A stretch of 64,000 bases of DNA from the NCBI GenBank assembly GCA_033763315.1, contig JANRKS010000031.1, forward strand, positions 96,001 to 160,000, written 5' to 3'. This DNA comes from Deltaproteobacteria bacterium. Lineage in GTDB: Bacteria; Myxococcota_A; Polyangia; Fen-1088. Positions 19,377-28,977 of the stretch are shown here, piece by piece. A model generated the notes under the pieces. That model was given only the letters and a program-made list of their open reading frames with translations, searched no databases and had not been told where the DNA came from. Position 1 is the first letter of the stretch, and the number at the start of each line of letters is the position of its first letter. The position numbers and the translations under genes were made by a program.

Positions 19377-20642
19377 ATGCCGTTTGTTAGCCGTCGATCT
19401 TTACTTCGTGGTCTTGCCTTGGGCGCCAGCACGTCTATGTTCCGGCCCTTGTTGAAGGAGTTCATCCGCGAAGCCCGCGGCGAGGCAGGCCCCGCCAAGC
19501 GTTTGGCCTTTGTGTTCGGACAGTACTCGTTTCCACGCAAGTACATGGATCCCAAGATCCGCACCGCAACCGATTTCGACCTGAACCCAGCCACATCACC
19601 CTTGGCACCCTTCAAATCGGAACTCACGCTGATCCGCAACCTGGGGGCGCCGCAAGGCCCCGGAGCCAATGGGGGCCACGGCCAAGACGAAGGCGTTTAC
19701 CTTGGCCTCGGCACGCAGTTCGGGTGGACAGGATCAGATTGGGCCACCAACGTTGGCAAAGACGGAACCATTGATCGCTTCATCGGCAAGCGCATCGGCG
19801 CGAGCGATAAATTCTCATCGCTTTCGTTCCGGCCCGGCGGCCGACCCTTGTTGCCCGTTGATTACACAAGCTGGGATGGCGATGACCAACCTTATCCAGC
19901 CTTTGCAACGCCGCTTGATGCGTATGACAAGATTTTTGGCGGCGCGATGTTGCCGCCAGGTGCGCCGCCGGTGGACACCACGGCGCTGTTAAAACAGGAT
20001 CAATCTTTGCTCGACTTTACAGTGGGCGAGATCAAGGTTCTGGAAAGCCGATTGGCGGCGCCTGAGAAGGAGAAGCTGGGTAAGTTCACCGAGTCCCTGC
20101 GCGCGGTTGAAAAGAAGCTAACGGCGGTGGCTATGGCTCCCGTGGTTTCGTGCGAGAACCCCGCCAAGCCTGCGGCCACGCTGGCGCGGCAACAAGCGGT
20201 GGAGGCGCAGGTTGACATCGCGGCCATGGCGTTGGCGTGTGGCCTTTCGCATGTTTCAGCAATGAATGTGGGCCCCGACAACCACGACGCCAACCATGAA
20301 GACGCGCCTTCCGTAGGCACGGACAACACCTGGCGCTTACAACAAACGGCGAAGCTCTTTGGCAAGCTCAAGGAGCTGGGGCTCGGCGATTCATCGCTGG
20401 TGCTATACAGCGACTCGAACGGGCTCGATCACCACGGCGGCCGCGATCAAGGCTATTTCTATTGGGTCCTGGGCGGCTTAGGGGGGCGGCTGAAAACGGG
20501 TCGCATCTTGGATTTGCCTGCCTCGCGTCCCTACCTGGGCGATTTCTACGTGTCGTTGGCCAATCTGATGGGCTTGCAAGACGTCTCCCGCTTCGGCCTG
20601 CCAGAGCTCTCGAAAGGCGCCTTAACGGCGTTCTCTGGTTAA
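19377..20642 (+). CDS. DUF1552 family protein with twin-arginine-like N-terminus
   Basis: GAGGA RBS; SRRSLLRG, TIDRFIG, SLLDF, ALACGLSHV, LKTGR. Confidence 0.88.
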   Translation: MPFVSRRSLLRGLALGASTSMFRPLLKEFIREARGEAGPAKRLAFVFGQYSFPRKYMDPKIRTATDFDLNPATSPLAPFKSELTLIRNLGAPQGPGANGGHGQDEGVYLGLGTQFGWTGSDWATNVGKDGTIDRFIGKRIGASDKFSSLSFRPGGRPLLPVDYTSWDGDDQPYPAFATPLDAYDKIFGGAMLPPGAPPVDTTALLKQDQSLLDFTVGEIKVLESRLAAPEKEKLGKFTESLRAVEKKLTAVAMAPVVSCENPAKPAATLARQQAVEAQVDIAAMALACGLSHVSAMNVGPDNHDANHEDAPSVGTDNTWRLQQTAKLFGKLKELGLGDSSLVLYSDSNGLDHHGGRDQGYFYWVLGGLGGRLKTGRILDLPASRPYLGDFYVSLANLMGLQDVSRFGLPELSKGALTAFSG

Positions 20643-20771
20643 CGACAGATTCTGGCAGGAGGCGGCCAATACGCATCTCGAATTGAACACTGACTGCATT
20701 TCTTCCTGGCGCGGGACTCGATCTTATCTTTGGGGAGATGATCGCTCATTCTTACAATCGCCAGCGTGTGC

Positions 20772-21270
20772 TTAGATCAGAAAGCCGGGAACGGGCCCCG
20801 TTCCGCTTCCGGGGTTCTCGCCAAAACTCCGCGTCCGGCAGGCCCATCGTATTGCACATGGTAACCAGCATGCGCGAATGGCACGTGCCATCGGGCATAT
20901 GCAAGTACTGCCCCGTGCGCAGGCCCAAGTTCTTTCCGCCGAACGTGAACCAAATCAGCTTTTGGTTCAGCGAATGCCCTGGGCCAATCTCGCTGCCCAC
21001 CAGCACCCACGTGTTGTCCAGCATCGTGCCAGCGCCTTCGGGAATGCTTTGAAGTTTCGTGAGTGCTTCGGCCACCAAGCCGTGCGTGAAAGTCTTGAGC
21101 GTGTCCCACGACTCGTCCTCAAGATGCGACAGACTGTGGAAGGTGACGTCAGGTCGGTTCACGGGTGCAAAACCGCAGCCCGGAAACTTCGTGCCTTGAC
21201 CACGCAACATCAAGGTTGCGACTCGCGTGAGGTCACACGCGAACGCCGCAACTATGTGCATCCGGCACAA
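20772..21270 (-). pseudogene. C-terminal fragment of a third DUF1552 gene, with a frameshift near its end
   Basis: AFACDLTRVATL, FHSLSH, IPEGAGTMLDNT. The N-terminal half is absent. Removing one base at 20823-20826 restores the typical ending FGENPGSGTGPVPGFLI-stop at 20772. Confidence 0.8.
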
Positions 21271-21415
21271 GTGGGGAAATATCGCTCGTCTCTGATGTCT
21301 AGGCTAGGCAGCTGCGACGGAGCTTTGCAGGATGCGCTAGCGGCCCGGGGAGCCGAGGCCATGGCCAAGCGGCCTTCCAGCGTGCGGATGGAATCAAGTT
21401 AAGGGTGGCCGGATC

Positions 21416-21994
21416 GTGTCCACCTTGGACGCAGGGCTGCAGCGCAGACTGGAATCTGTCGTGCCTCGCGATTTGGCTGCGCTCGGGGGGGCCTTGCAAG
21501 CGGGTCTCGTTGTCATTACGCCGAGCGATGGTCGGGTGCGCGCGCTGTTGGGAGGGCTTGGCACAACAGATATCGCCAACAGCCACGTGAATATCGTTGT
21601 GTCAAAGCGACATCCGGGATCAGCGCTTAAGCGCTTCGTTTACGCTTTGGCACTTGAACAAGGCCACTCTCCGGCTTCGATTGCAGCAGATAGCAAAGAT
21701 GTGGCTTCATCCTGGCAGCCTCACCACTGGCCCAAAGCAATAGGGTTCGTGCGCTATCGCGAAAGTTTGGCGGGCTCAATGAACCTTGCGGCCGTTCATG
21801 TTCTGGAGGATGTAGGAACCGAAGCGCTGGTCGACCGCTTGCGGACAGCGGGTTTGGGGGCGTTGATTGATTCGCAAGGCCGGCCGCCTGGTCCCAATTG
21901 GGCACTGGGCACTCGTGCCGTAAGCTTGCTGGACTTGGGGAATAGGGCCACGATAACTGCCAGGGTCGATCACGAACGTCCAGGCGCCACGTAA
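21416..21994 (+). pseudogene. Internal fragment of a class A PBP (PBP1C-like) transpeptidase domain
   Basis: STLDAGLQ, RHPGSALK (SxxK), GSMNLAAV (SxN); no KTG motif and no transglycosylase domain. Confidence 0.75.
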
Positions 21995-22067
21995 CGCACT
22001 ACTTCAGGGGAGGGGCTGACCTATCGATAACTTCTTCGGAAGTCGTTGTTCACTGACTCGAGATTCG

Positions 22068-23861
22068 ATGACAAGAATTTTTCGATCCAAGCGGAACTTG
22101 CAACCGTTCAGCTCGTGTCTTTCGGCATGCGCCGCTGTATCGGGATTTCTGAGCTTCTTCGTGTCTTCAAACGCTTTCGGAGTTCTCGGTCTCGCGTATC
22201 CGGAGAATCCCGTGCGAACGCCTGCGACCGAGCTGCGCCCATTCCTCATCGAACCAACAGCCCCGCTTGAGAACGCCTGGTACCGGGTACGATCGTGTGT
22301 CGATGCGCAGCGGCGAATCACGATTGCAGACGATCCCTTTTCACATAGGGCGTGTACCGTTGTCGCAACCGCACAGCCAGACGGTGCAGGAAACTTTACG
22401 GCGCCGCCTTTGCGCTCTGCGCTCGGATCTGAAACGGATGCTTTTGCCGAGGTTTCAGCGTACCACCACGTAGGCCGCGCCCTGGCTTACTTTCACGCGC
22501 GCCTGCCTGCTGCGCAGCCAGTGCTTAGGTCGCCGATCGACGTCATCGTGTCGGCGCGCATCGCGGGCACGCTCATCGGCTCATCAGTCGACGATTTAGT
22601 GCCGTTTGGCGGCGCGCGCTACGTCAGTCGTGCACTCGTTGAAGGTGAAAGCTTTCGCGCCTACTATGACTCGCAGCGCAGTTTGATTTGGCTTGGCGTT
22701 GGTCCCAATACCAACTGGGCATACGACGGCGATGCAGTCATGCATGAGACGGTGCACGCCGTATTTGATCAGGAGCAACGGTTGGGCGGATACGCGCTAA
22801 GTCCCGAAGGGCTGTCGGCCGATCCACAAGCTTTGTCTGAGGCTCTTGCCGACTATTTCACCGCTGCCATCGCGGGCGACGCCAACATCGCCGAATTTGC
22901 GCTTGGAGGTACGGTGAACGGACGGGATCTGGCTCTCTCGAACACGCACTATCCCCAGCTCACCAAAGATGTCTACGCGGAAAGCCTTGCGTTTTCGGGC
23001 GCACTTTGGCGGGTTCGATCGCAACTTCAGCCCGTTGTCGATTCTTTCGACGTTGCCGTGATGGATACCGCACGCGCAATGCTGACAGCGAGCGTGAGCG
23101 GCGATGTGTTCATGCAAGCGTTGGATGCTTTGTTGCGTGAGCGCGGGCTCGCGGAGGCTGCTCATCTGTTGCGGCGCGAAATGTCCGAACGGGGCGTTTG
23201 GCCTCGGAAGCCGCGGGTGTTGCCGTTGGCCGAAGGCGCAGAAGTGCGGTCAGCAACAGGTTTTGTTGCGCCGGGGCGAAAGCATGTGCCGCAGTCAAAT
23301 GTCGTACCGGGTTTATTCACGGCCGTTGTTGATCTCCCTGCGGATGCACTGCAGATGCGGCTTGACGTTCGAGTTACAACCTTTCAGCGCGTGTTCTGGG
23401 GGAATGAACGCGGCACCGATGCGCAATTGGTTGCCTTGGTTTCGTGGGACGATTCGGATTTCGTTGCGCTGCCCAACAAAGAACTCGCTGTTTCGGTGGT
23501 ACGCCACGCACTTGATGGACCCGTGATTGTCACAGTCCCTTTGCACGCGACCCGTGCCTTCGTTCAGATCGGCAACGCTGGTGATGAAGACGGAGCCTTC
23601 GAAGGCTTGACGGTGTCGTTTCCAAGCATGGACGAATTAAGAAAGGCAGAAGGTGGTTGCAGCTTCGCGGGGGGGCGCCCCCGTAAAGTCGGGCTTGCCG
23701 TCGTGGTGCTTGGGGGGCTGGCCATCGTCGCGCTGGTCCTAAAGCGCCGCCGTGCAGCCGCCGTTGTTACGAGTCCACCCCATGACACTCTCGGCGCTCC
23801 ACCCGCGAAACCGACTCCTGTCCCTCATTCTGACCACGTTGCCTTTGGCCGCGTGCAGTGA
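22068..23861 (+). CDS. Secreted zinc metallopeptidase (M4/M36-like) with MYXO-CTERM-like tail
   Basis: YDGDAVMHETVH...ALSEALADYF; C-terminal GGCSF...hydrophobic helix...KRRR. Confidence 0.8.
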   Translation: MTRIFRSKRNLQPFSSCLSACAAVSGFLSFFVSSNAFGVLGLAYPENPVRTPATELRPFLIEPTAPLENAWYRVRSCVDAQRRITIADDPFSHRACTVVATAQPDGAGNFTAPPLRSALGSETDAFAEVSAYHHVGRALAYFHARLPAAQPVLRSPIDVIVSARIAGTLIGSSVDDLVPFGGARYVSRALVEGESFRAYYDSQRSLIWLGVGPNTNWAYDGDAVMHETVHAVFDQEQRLGGYALSPEGLSADPQALSEALADYFTAAIAGDANIAEFALGGTVNGRDLALSNTHYPQLTKDVYAESLAFSGALWRVRSQLQPVVDSFDVAVMDTARAMLTASVSGDVFMQALDALLRERGLAEAAHLLRREMSERGVWPRKPRVLPLAEGAEVRSATGFVAPGRKHVPQSNVVPGLFTAVVDLPADALQMRLDVRVTTFQRVFWGNERGTDAQLVALVSWDDSDFVALPNKELAVSVVRHALDGPVIVTVPLHATRAFVQIGNAGDEDGAFEGLTVSFPSMDELRKAEGGCSFAGGRPRKVGLAVVVLGGLAIVALVLKRRRAAAVVTSPPHDTLGAPPAKPTPVPHSDHVAFGRVQ

Positions 23862-26800
23862 TTCCGGTGAGGAGGCAACACCGCAACCTCCAAAGCCCCC
23901 CGAAGAAGAACTAAAGGAAGTGGCCTGGGATCCCCAGTTCGCGCCGGATCTCAATACCCTCAAGCCACGGCCAGGCGTCGTTCCGGCCACTGCTCAAGAA
24001 CAAGCGATGGCTGTGGTCAAGGCGGATTCCCTCGAGTTCCCGATGGGCGCAACGTCTGTCATGGACTGGCAGCCAGGCAAGATCGTGGCTGCTGCTGCGG
24101 GCGGACCAACCAACCCCCTTGGCTTCGCACGCAAGGTTGTCAAGGTTGAGATCGCCGATGGAAAAGTTGTGGTGCAAACGGCCCCCGTTCAATTCTGGGA
24201 CGTGGTTGAAGGTGAGTTGCGGGTTCGTGGTGACACGCAAGGTGACGAAGTGGACGTGTCACAGCTGGACCCAGCGTGGGTGATGGACAACCTCTATCCC
24301 GAGGCCGATCTGCATTTGCCTCCGATTCCTCAATTGCGTGACAATCCCACGTTGCTCGGGCCGACGCCGGCTCTGCCCGGCAGCGGCCTTTGCTGCGGGC
24401 TCGACAGTGGTGGAGCCGCGGCCAAATCGCTCGATTCTCAGCTGAACGCTTTTGAGACCGGAATGGAGATGGCCAAAGAGGCGGACGCAGGCACATCGAT
24501 GATGGAGATGCCTTCGGGCTTTCGAGCTGAGGTCGAGCGCTTGGGCGAGTTCGGTTTAAGGGGAAGGGTTGCTTTTAATAGCGAGGTCACGCTGCTGGAC
24601 TTCGAGCGCACGTTGTTTAAGGACTGGACCTTCAAGAAGAAGATCTCAAAACGTGTGCCGTTGGAGGTGTTTCTCAAGGGCACCGCGTCGATTCGAGGTC
24701 GATTGAAGATCAATCCTGGATTTCAGGTTTCTCTGGGAGCAGCGCTCGACAAAGTAAACCTGGCGACCGGAACTGCGAACGTTACGGCTTACCTCAAAGC
24801 TGCCGTTGACACGCGCGTCACCGCGATGGCCGGAATCAAGGCCAAGCTCGAGGCGGGAATCGCTGGCGCAGACCTGGGGTCGGGATTTGAGGTGGGGAAG
24901 CAACTTGAAAAGTCGCTTGAGAGAGGCACAGAGGCTGCGCAGAACGCATTGAACGATCTGCGGGAAGATCTCTTCGAGAACAAGGACAGCAAGCCCGAGG
25001 GTATGGTGAAGAAAACGTTGTGGCGCTCTAGGCCCAAGGTGATTCATGCCCAAGCGGGGCCCGTGCCGGTCGAGATCACCGCGACCTTGCAACTTGATCT
25101 CTACTGCAGCTTTCAAGCGAAGGCGTCTATCGACGCCGACGTTGAACTCAACTCATCTGTCCGCATCAGGCAAGCGCTTCTTTTGGTGCCGTTCGCGCCT
25201 GAAGGAAAAAAGCTTGTCTTGGAATCAGAGGAGCCAGAAACCAGCTTCACGAAGAAAGTTGAAATCCTGGGGAGCGGCGAGATTTCGGTTGGGTGCGGCT
25301 TGGCACCTCGAATCAACATCCTCGTTTACGACGGCATCGGTGTGTACGCCGGCGCGCGTGGGGGTCTTGAGGCCACGGCAGCGTTTGAATCGAAGTGCCA
25401 CGAAACTCGGACTCAGCCCAAAGGAGAAGCTTCGGTCACGCTCAAGGCCAAGGCTGGGGCCTTTGTGGGTGGCCGCATTCAAGTCCCCGGATCGAGTTTC
25501 GCGGGAAAACTTGGGCTTAAGCTTGGCTACGACACCCCCGAACTCGAACCATGGAACGACGAATGGGAGCTTTGGAAGAAGACCTGGGATGTGGACAAGG
25601 GTATCGGATATTGCACGCCGTTGTGTTCGAACAAAGCGCTCGACGACGTAGAAAAAAAGAAGGGCAAAGAAACGGATATCGACTGCGGCGGCGGCGCTTG
25701 CTCGGCGTGCGTGTCAGGAAAGAAGTGTGTCGAAGATAGCGACTGCGTTCGCGGGGCGAACTGCACCAATGGTGTTTGCGGCGTTTCAACGTGTGCGAAC
25801 GGTCGCAAAGATGGCCGTGAGACCGACGTCGACTGCGGAGGCTCATGCCAAGCTTGTGCGACTGGAAAAAGTTGTGTCTTTGGCGTTGACTGTGCGTCGT
25901 ACTTTTGTTCGCAAAAGGCGAAGCTGTGTGTCGCTTCGAGTTGCGAAGACGGCATCCAATCGGCGCTTGAGTCCGACGCGGATTGCGGAGGTCCGCTGTG
26001 CGGAAAGTGTGAAGCAAACAACTTCTGCCGCGAGGATTCTGACTGCAAGCAGGTGTGTGATGGGTTGCGTTGCGTCGAGAACGCATGCGAAGACCGTCGC
26101 CAAAACCAGAACGAATCCGACGTTGATTGTGGCGGCACATCCACCTGCTTCCGCTGCGGCACCTTTCGCAAGTGCAAGCAACCGAGCGATTGTCAATCGG
26201 GACTTGTCTGCTCTTCGTTAAGCTCGGGATCGGGAGAGATGGTTTGCATTGAGCCACCCCCGGCCTCGTGTTTCGATGGCGAAATGAACGGCATCGAGTC
26301 CGATGTTGATTGTGGTGGTAGTTGCGCTGCAAAGTGCAGGGTGTCCAATCGATGCAAGGTCAACGAGGATTGTGAGACTCTGAGCTGCTTTCAGAATCGA
26401 TGCGCGGTTCCCAACTGTTTCGACGGCATCAAAAACGGCTTCGAATCGGATGTCGATTGCGGACCGTCGTGCCCGCAACGATGTCCCGCCGATGCAAAGT
26501 GCACGACGGGATCGGACTGCGCATCCAGCCTGTGCATGGATGGAACCTGCCGCGGTCGCTACAAACTGTCTCTCGATGTCAGCGGGCTCAAGGGCGAGGT
26601 TGTGTTGAGCGTAAATGGAGGAACGCGAGTTGTTCAAACGCCGGGTGTGGTGTTCGTGCAAGAACTATATCGGGGCAATCCTTTCGACGTCAAAGTGATC
26701 ACGCCTGCCAACGGGCAAACGTGTATGGTTACCGATGGCATAGGTATCGTCGACAAGGCAGATGTTGTCGTGAGAGTCACCTGTTCGGATGTGCTCTATA

Positions 26801-28365
26801 GGGTAGGGGGGAATATCTTTGGACTTGTCGGCTCTGTTGTCCTTGCCAATAACAACGGCGATGACTTAAACGTCGCGAATGCCGGTGTGTTTGAATTTGC
26901 CCAAAAACTTCCTTTTGGAACCCCTTATGCTGTCAGCGTCAAGACTCAGCCAGCGGGGCAGCATTGCAACGTCATGTTCGAATCAGGCGTTGCAACTACG
27001 AACGTCGCCAATATCCAGGTCGAGTGTTTCGATAATCGCGTCGTTGGTGGCTCCGTTGCGGGACTGAACGGAAGTTTGGTGCTGCGCAACAACAATGCAG
27101 CTAGCGTCACGGTTTCGAGCGACGGCGCCTTCATGTTCTTGGAGCGGTTGATGCATGGTTCTCCCTATGCTGTGACCGTGGCAATGCAACCGTCGGGGCA
27201 GACCTGCAGCGTGAGCAACGGCACCGGAACAGCGAATGCAGACGTGTTTGATGTTTCGGTTACCTGTGTGTCGAATCCGCGCACCATAGGCGGCACGATT
27301 AGCGGCCTGACGGGATCGCTTGTGCTCCGCAACAATGGAGGCGATGACCTAACCGTCTCTCAAACCGGCAGCTTTGTCTTCGCCACGTCCATTGCCCATG
27401 GCCTTGGCTACGCCGTGACAATTCGAACGCAGCCGGTAGGACAAGTCTGCGTCGTCACGAATGGAACCGGCTCGGCTACAAACAACGTCGTGGACGTAGC
27501 TGTCAGTTGTTCAAGCCTGACTTACACCCTGGGCGGCACCGTCAGCGGACTGGTGGGCTCAGTTACCTTGCAGAACAACGCCGCAAACCCGTTGGTCCTT
27601 TCTGCTAACGGTTCGTTTGCTTTCGCAGGCACGATCACGCACGGAAGCACCTACAACGTGACCGTGAGGACGCAGCCGGCCACGGTTCGCTGTACAGTCG
27701 CCAACGGTACTGGTGAGTTGTTGGCCAACACGGCGAACATCGTTGTGACGTGCGCCCCCCCCACGTCGGTTCCCTTGGATTGCGCAGCCGCCCTTGCGGA
27801 GAATCCCTCTGCGACGAACGGAATCTACAGAATCGATTCCGATGGACCAACGGGGAATCCTCCATACGACACCTATTGCGACATGACCGGTGGCGGATGG
27901 ACACTCGTTGCCGATCAAGATGCCACGATGGATTCACTCGGTAGAACGAATGACGGATGGACGTTCGTGGAAGACACGGCACCCAACGGGGGCCAATGGA
28001 GCCGCCTTTATTATCTCTACGACTTCGCAACCGCGAACGGTTATCGCTTCAGTTTGCGATGGGGTGCCGCGCAAGATCGATTCATCAACTGGGATCAAAC
28101 GACCAACCCAACCGAGGGACCCAACCGAGGGGTCATCAGCAATGTGACTATGGTGCCAAGTGGCCAGGTCGGCTACGGAGGTGCGTTCCAAGGATTGGCC
28201 CTTGATTTCGCTCAACAAGCAACGTTCCTTGATGGCGAGCCCTCCGTTTCGGCAGGCGCATGGGCAGTCGGGGCTATCGGCGGCAGCATTCGCGCCTACA
28301 AGGACTCGAGCGAAGGAGCGCTGACCACCACCCGTGTTCGCCTGTACGTTAAGCGGTTGCCTTAG
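23782..28365 (+). CDS. Large modular surface lipoprotein: Cys-rich repeats, Ig-like repeats, fibrinogen-like C-terminal domain
   Basis: Lipobox LAAC; six E(S/T)DxDCG repeats; five GGT.SGL.G..VL.NN...TQP.GQ.C-type repeats; TYCDMTGGGWTLV. Confidence 0.85.
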   Translation: MTLSALHPRNRLLSLILTTLPLAACSDSGEEATPQPPKPPEEELKEVAWDPQFAPDLNTLKPRPGVVPATAQEQAMAVVKADSLEFPMGATSVMDWQPGKIVAAAAGGPTNPLGFARKVVKVEIADGKVVVQTAPVQFWDVVEGELRVRGDTQGDEVDVSQLDPAWVMDNLYPEADLHLPPIPQLRDNPTLLGPTPALPGSGLCCGLDSGGAAAKSLDSQLNAFETGMEMAKEADAGTSMMEMPSGFRAEVERLGEFGLRGRVAFNSEVTLLDFERTLFKDWTFKKKISKRVPLEVFLKGTASIRGRLKINPGFQVSLGAALDKVNLATGTANVTAYLKAAVDTRVTAMAGIKAKLEAGIAGADLGSGFEVGKQLEKSLERGTEAAQNALNDLREDLFENKDSKPEGMVKKTLWRSRPKVIHAQAGPVPVEITATLQLDLYCSFQAKASIDADVELNSSVRIRQALLLVPFAPEGKKLVLESEEPETSFTKKVEILGSGEISVGCGLAPRINILVYDGIGVYAGARGGLEATAAFESKCHETRTQPKGEASVTLKAKAGAFVGGRIQVPGSSFAGKLGLKLGYDTPELEPWNDEWELWKKTWDVDKGIGYCTPLCSNKALDDVEKKKGKETDIDCGGGACSACVSGKKCVEDSDCVRGANCTNGVCGVSTCANGRKDGRETDVDCGGSCQACATGKSCVFGVDCASYFCSQKAKLCVASSCEDGIQSALESDADCGGPLCGKCEANNFCREDSDCKQVCDGLRCVENACEDRRQNQNESDVDCGGTSTCFRCGTFRKCKQPSDCQSGLVCSSLSSGSGEMVCIEPPPASCFDGEMNGIESDVDCGGSCAAKCRVSNRCKVNEDCETLSCFQNRCAVPNCFDGIKNGFESDVDCGPSCPQRCPADAKCTTGSDCASSLCMDGTCRGRYKLSLDVSGLKGEVVLSVNGGTRVVQTPGVVFVQELYRGNPFDVKVITPANGQTCMVTDGIGIVDKADVVVRVTCSDVLYRVGGNIFGLVGSVVLANNNGDDLNVANAGVFEFAQKLPFGTPYAVSVKTQPAGQHCNVMFESGVATTNVANIQVECFDNRVVGGSVAGLNGSLVLRNNNAASVTVSSDGAFMFLERLMHGSPYAVTVAMQPSGQTCSVSNGTGTANADVFDVSVTCVSNPRTIGGTISGLTGSLVLRNNGGDDLTVSQTGSFVFATSIAHGLGYAVTIRTQPVGQVCVVTNGTGSATNNVVDVAVSCSSLTYTLGGTVSGLVGSVTLQNNAANPLVLSANGSFAFAGTITHGSTYNVTVRTQPATVRCTVANGTGELLANTANIVVTCAPPTSVPLDCAAALAENPSATNGIYRIDSDGPTGNPPYDTYCDMTGGGWTLVADQDATMDSLGRTNDGWTFVEDTAPNGGQWSRLYYLYDFATANGYRFSLRWGAAQDRFINWDQTTNPTEGPNRGVISNVTMVPSGQVGYGGAFQGLALDFAQQATFLDGEPSVSAGAWAVGAIGGSIRAYKDSSEGALTTTRVRLYVKRLP

Positions 28366-28729
28366 CCTTGATGTCGGTCTGGCAAACCTGCAAAGAAGCT
28401 GAGCTTCGGGTCGAACCCCGCCCGTCTCACTAAAGAGGCCCGCAGAATCAACGATCGCTCTTGAACTGAGGTGTTCCTGTAGAACGGACAATTGCATCAA
28501 AACGAGCGCCGATGCGTAGTCCGTCTTCGAACGAGCCATCGAAAGCGCCCATGGCGACAAGAGTTGTCTGGACTGCAACTCTACCCATTGTGCCGCGCGG
28601 CGCAGCGACGGTGGGAATCCTGACGAAGAGCGCTTGAACCTTAGGCATTAAGGCCGCCGCATTCTCGGCCAGCGCCGAGCGGACGCCGCATTCATTGTGG
28701 TCGACCTTCCAGAGCCATTGGCAGAGTAG

Positions 28730-28801
28730 TAGGCGGGACAGGGATTGAACCTGCGACCCGGTGCTTGTAAGGCACCCGCTCTGCCGCTGAGCTACCCGCC
28801 T
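28730..28801 (-). tRNA. tRNA-Val (TAC anticodon)
   Basis: AGGCGGG/CCCGCCT acceptor stem, TAGCTCAGCGGCAGAGC D-arm, GGTGC-CTTACAA-GCACC anticodon arm, GGTTCAATCC T-loop; followed by CTA rather than CCA. Confidence 0.95.
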
Positions 28802-28940
28802 GAGTACGGGCCTAATTTACTCATTTTGGGCGCGGGGTAAAGGGCCGGGTGAAAGTTTTGTGGACGCTGGGGCAAAAGCCTGCAGAAACGGGGCGACGAG
28901 GGTTGTTCATGCTGCTCAGTGGCAGTGATGCCTTTAGATG

Positions 28941-28956
28941 TGGCCCCCGGCCTGCA
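28941..28956 (+). promoter_or_regulatory. Candidate sigma54 promoter
   Basis: TGGCCCCCGGCCTGCA, GG-N10-GC, just upstream of an AAGGAG RBS. Confidence 0.55.
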
Positions 28957-28977
28957 AGCTACAGTAAGGAGTTAGCG

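Noticed and set aside
25660-27760. Repeated DNA motifs considered as a CRISPR or non-coding array
   Set aside because: Degenerate, in-frame repeats encoding Cys-rich and Ig-like protein modules.
28379-28405. GGCAAACC...GCAAAG resembling a c-di-GMP-I riboswitch start
   Set aside because: Lacks the GNRA-capped stem and second hairpin, and is not upstream of a gene.
28448-28720. Short minus-strand ORF next to the tRNA considered as an integrase remnant
   Set aside because: No tyrosine or serine recombinase motif recognisable.
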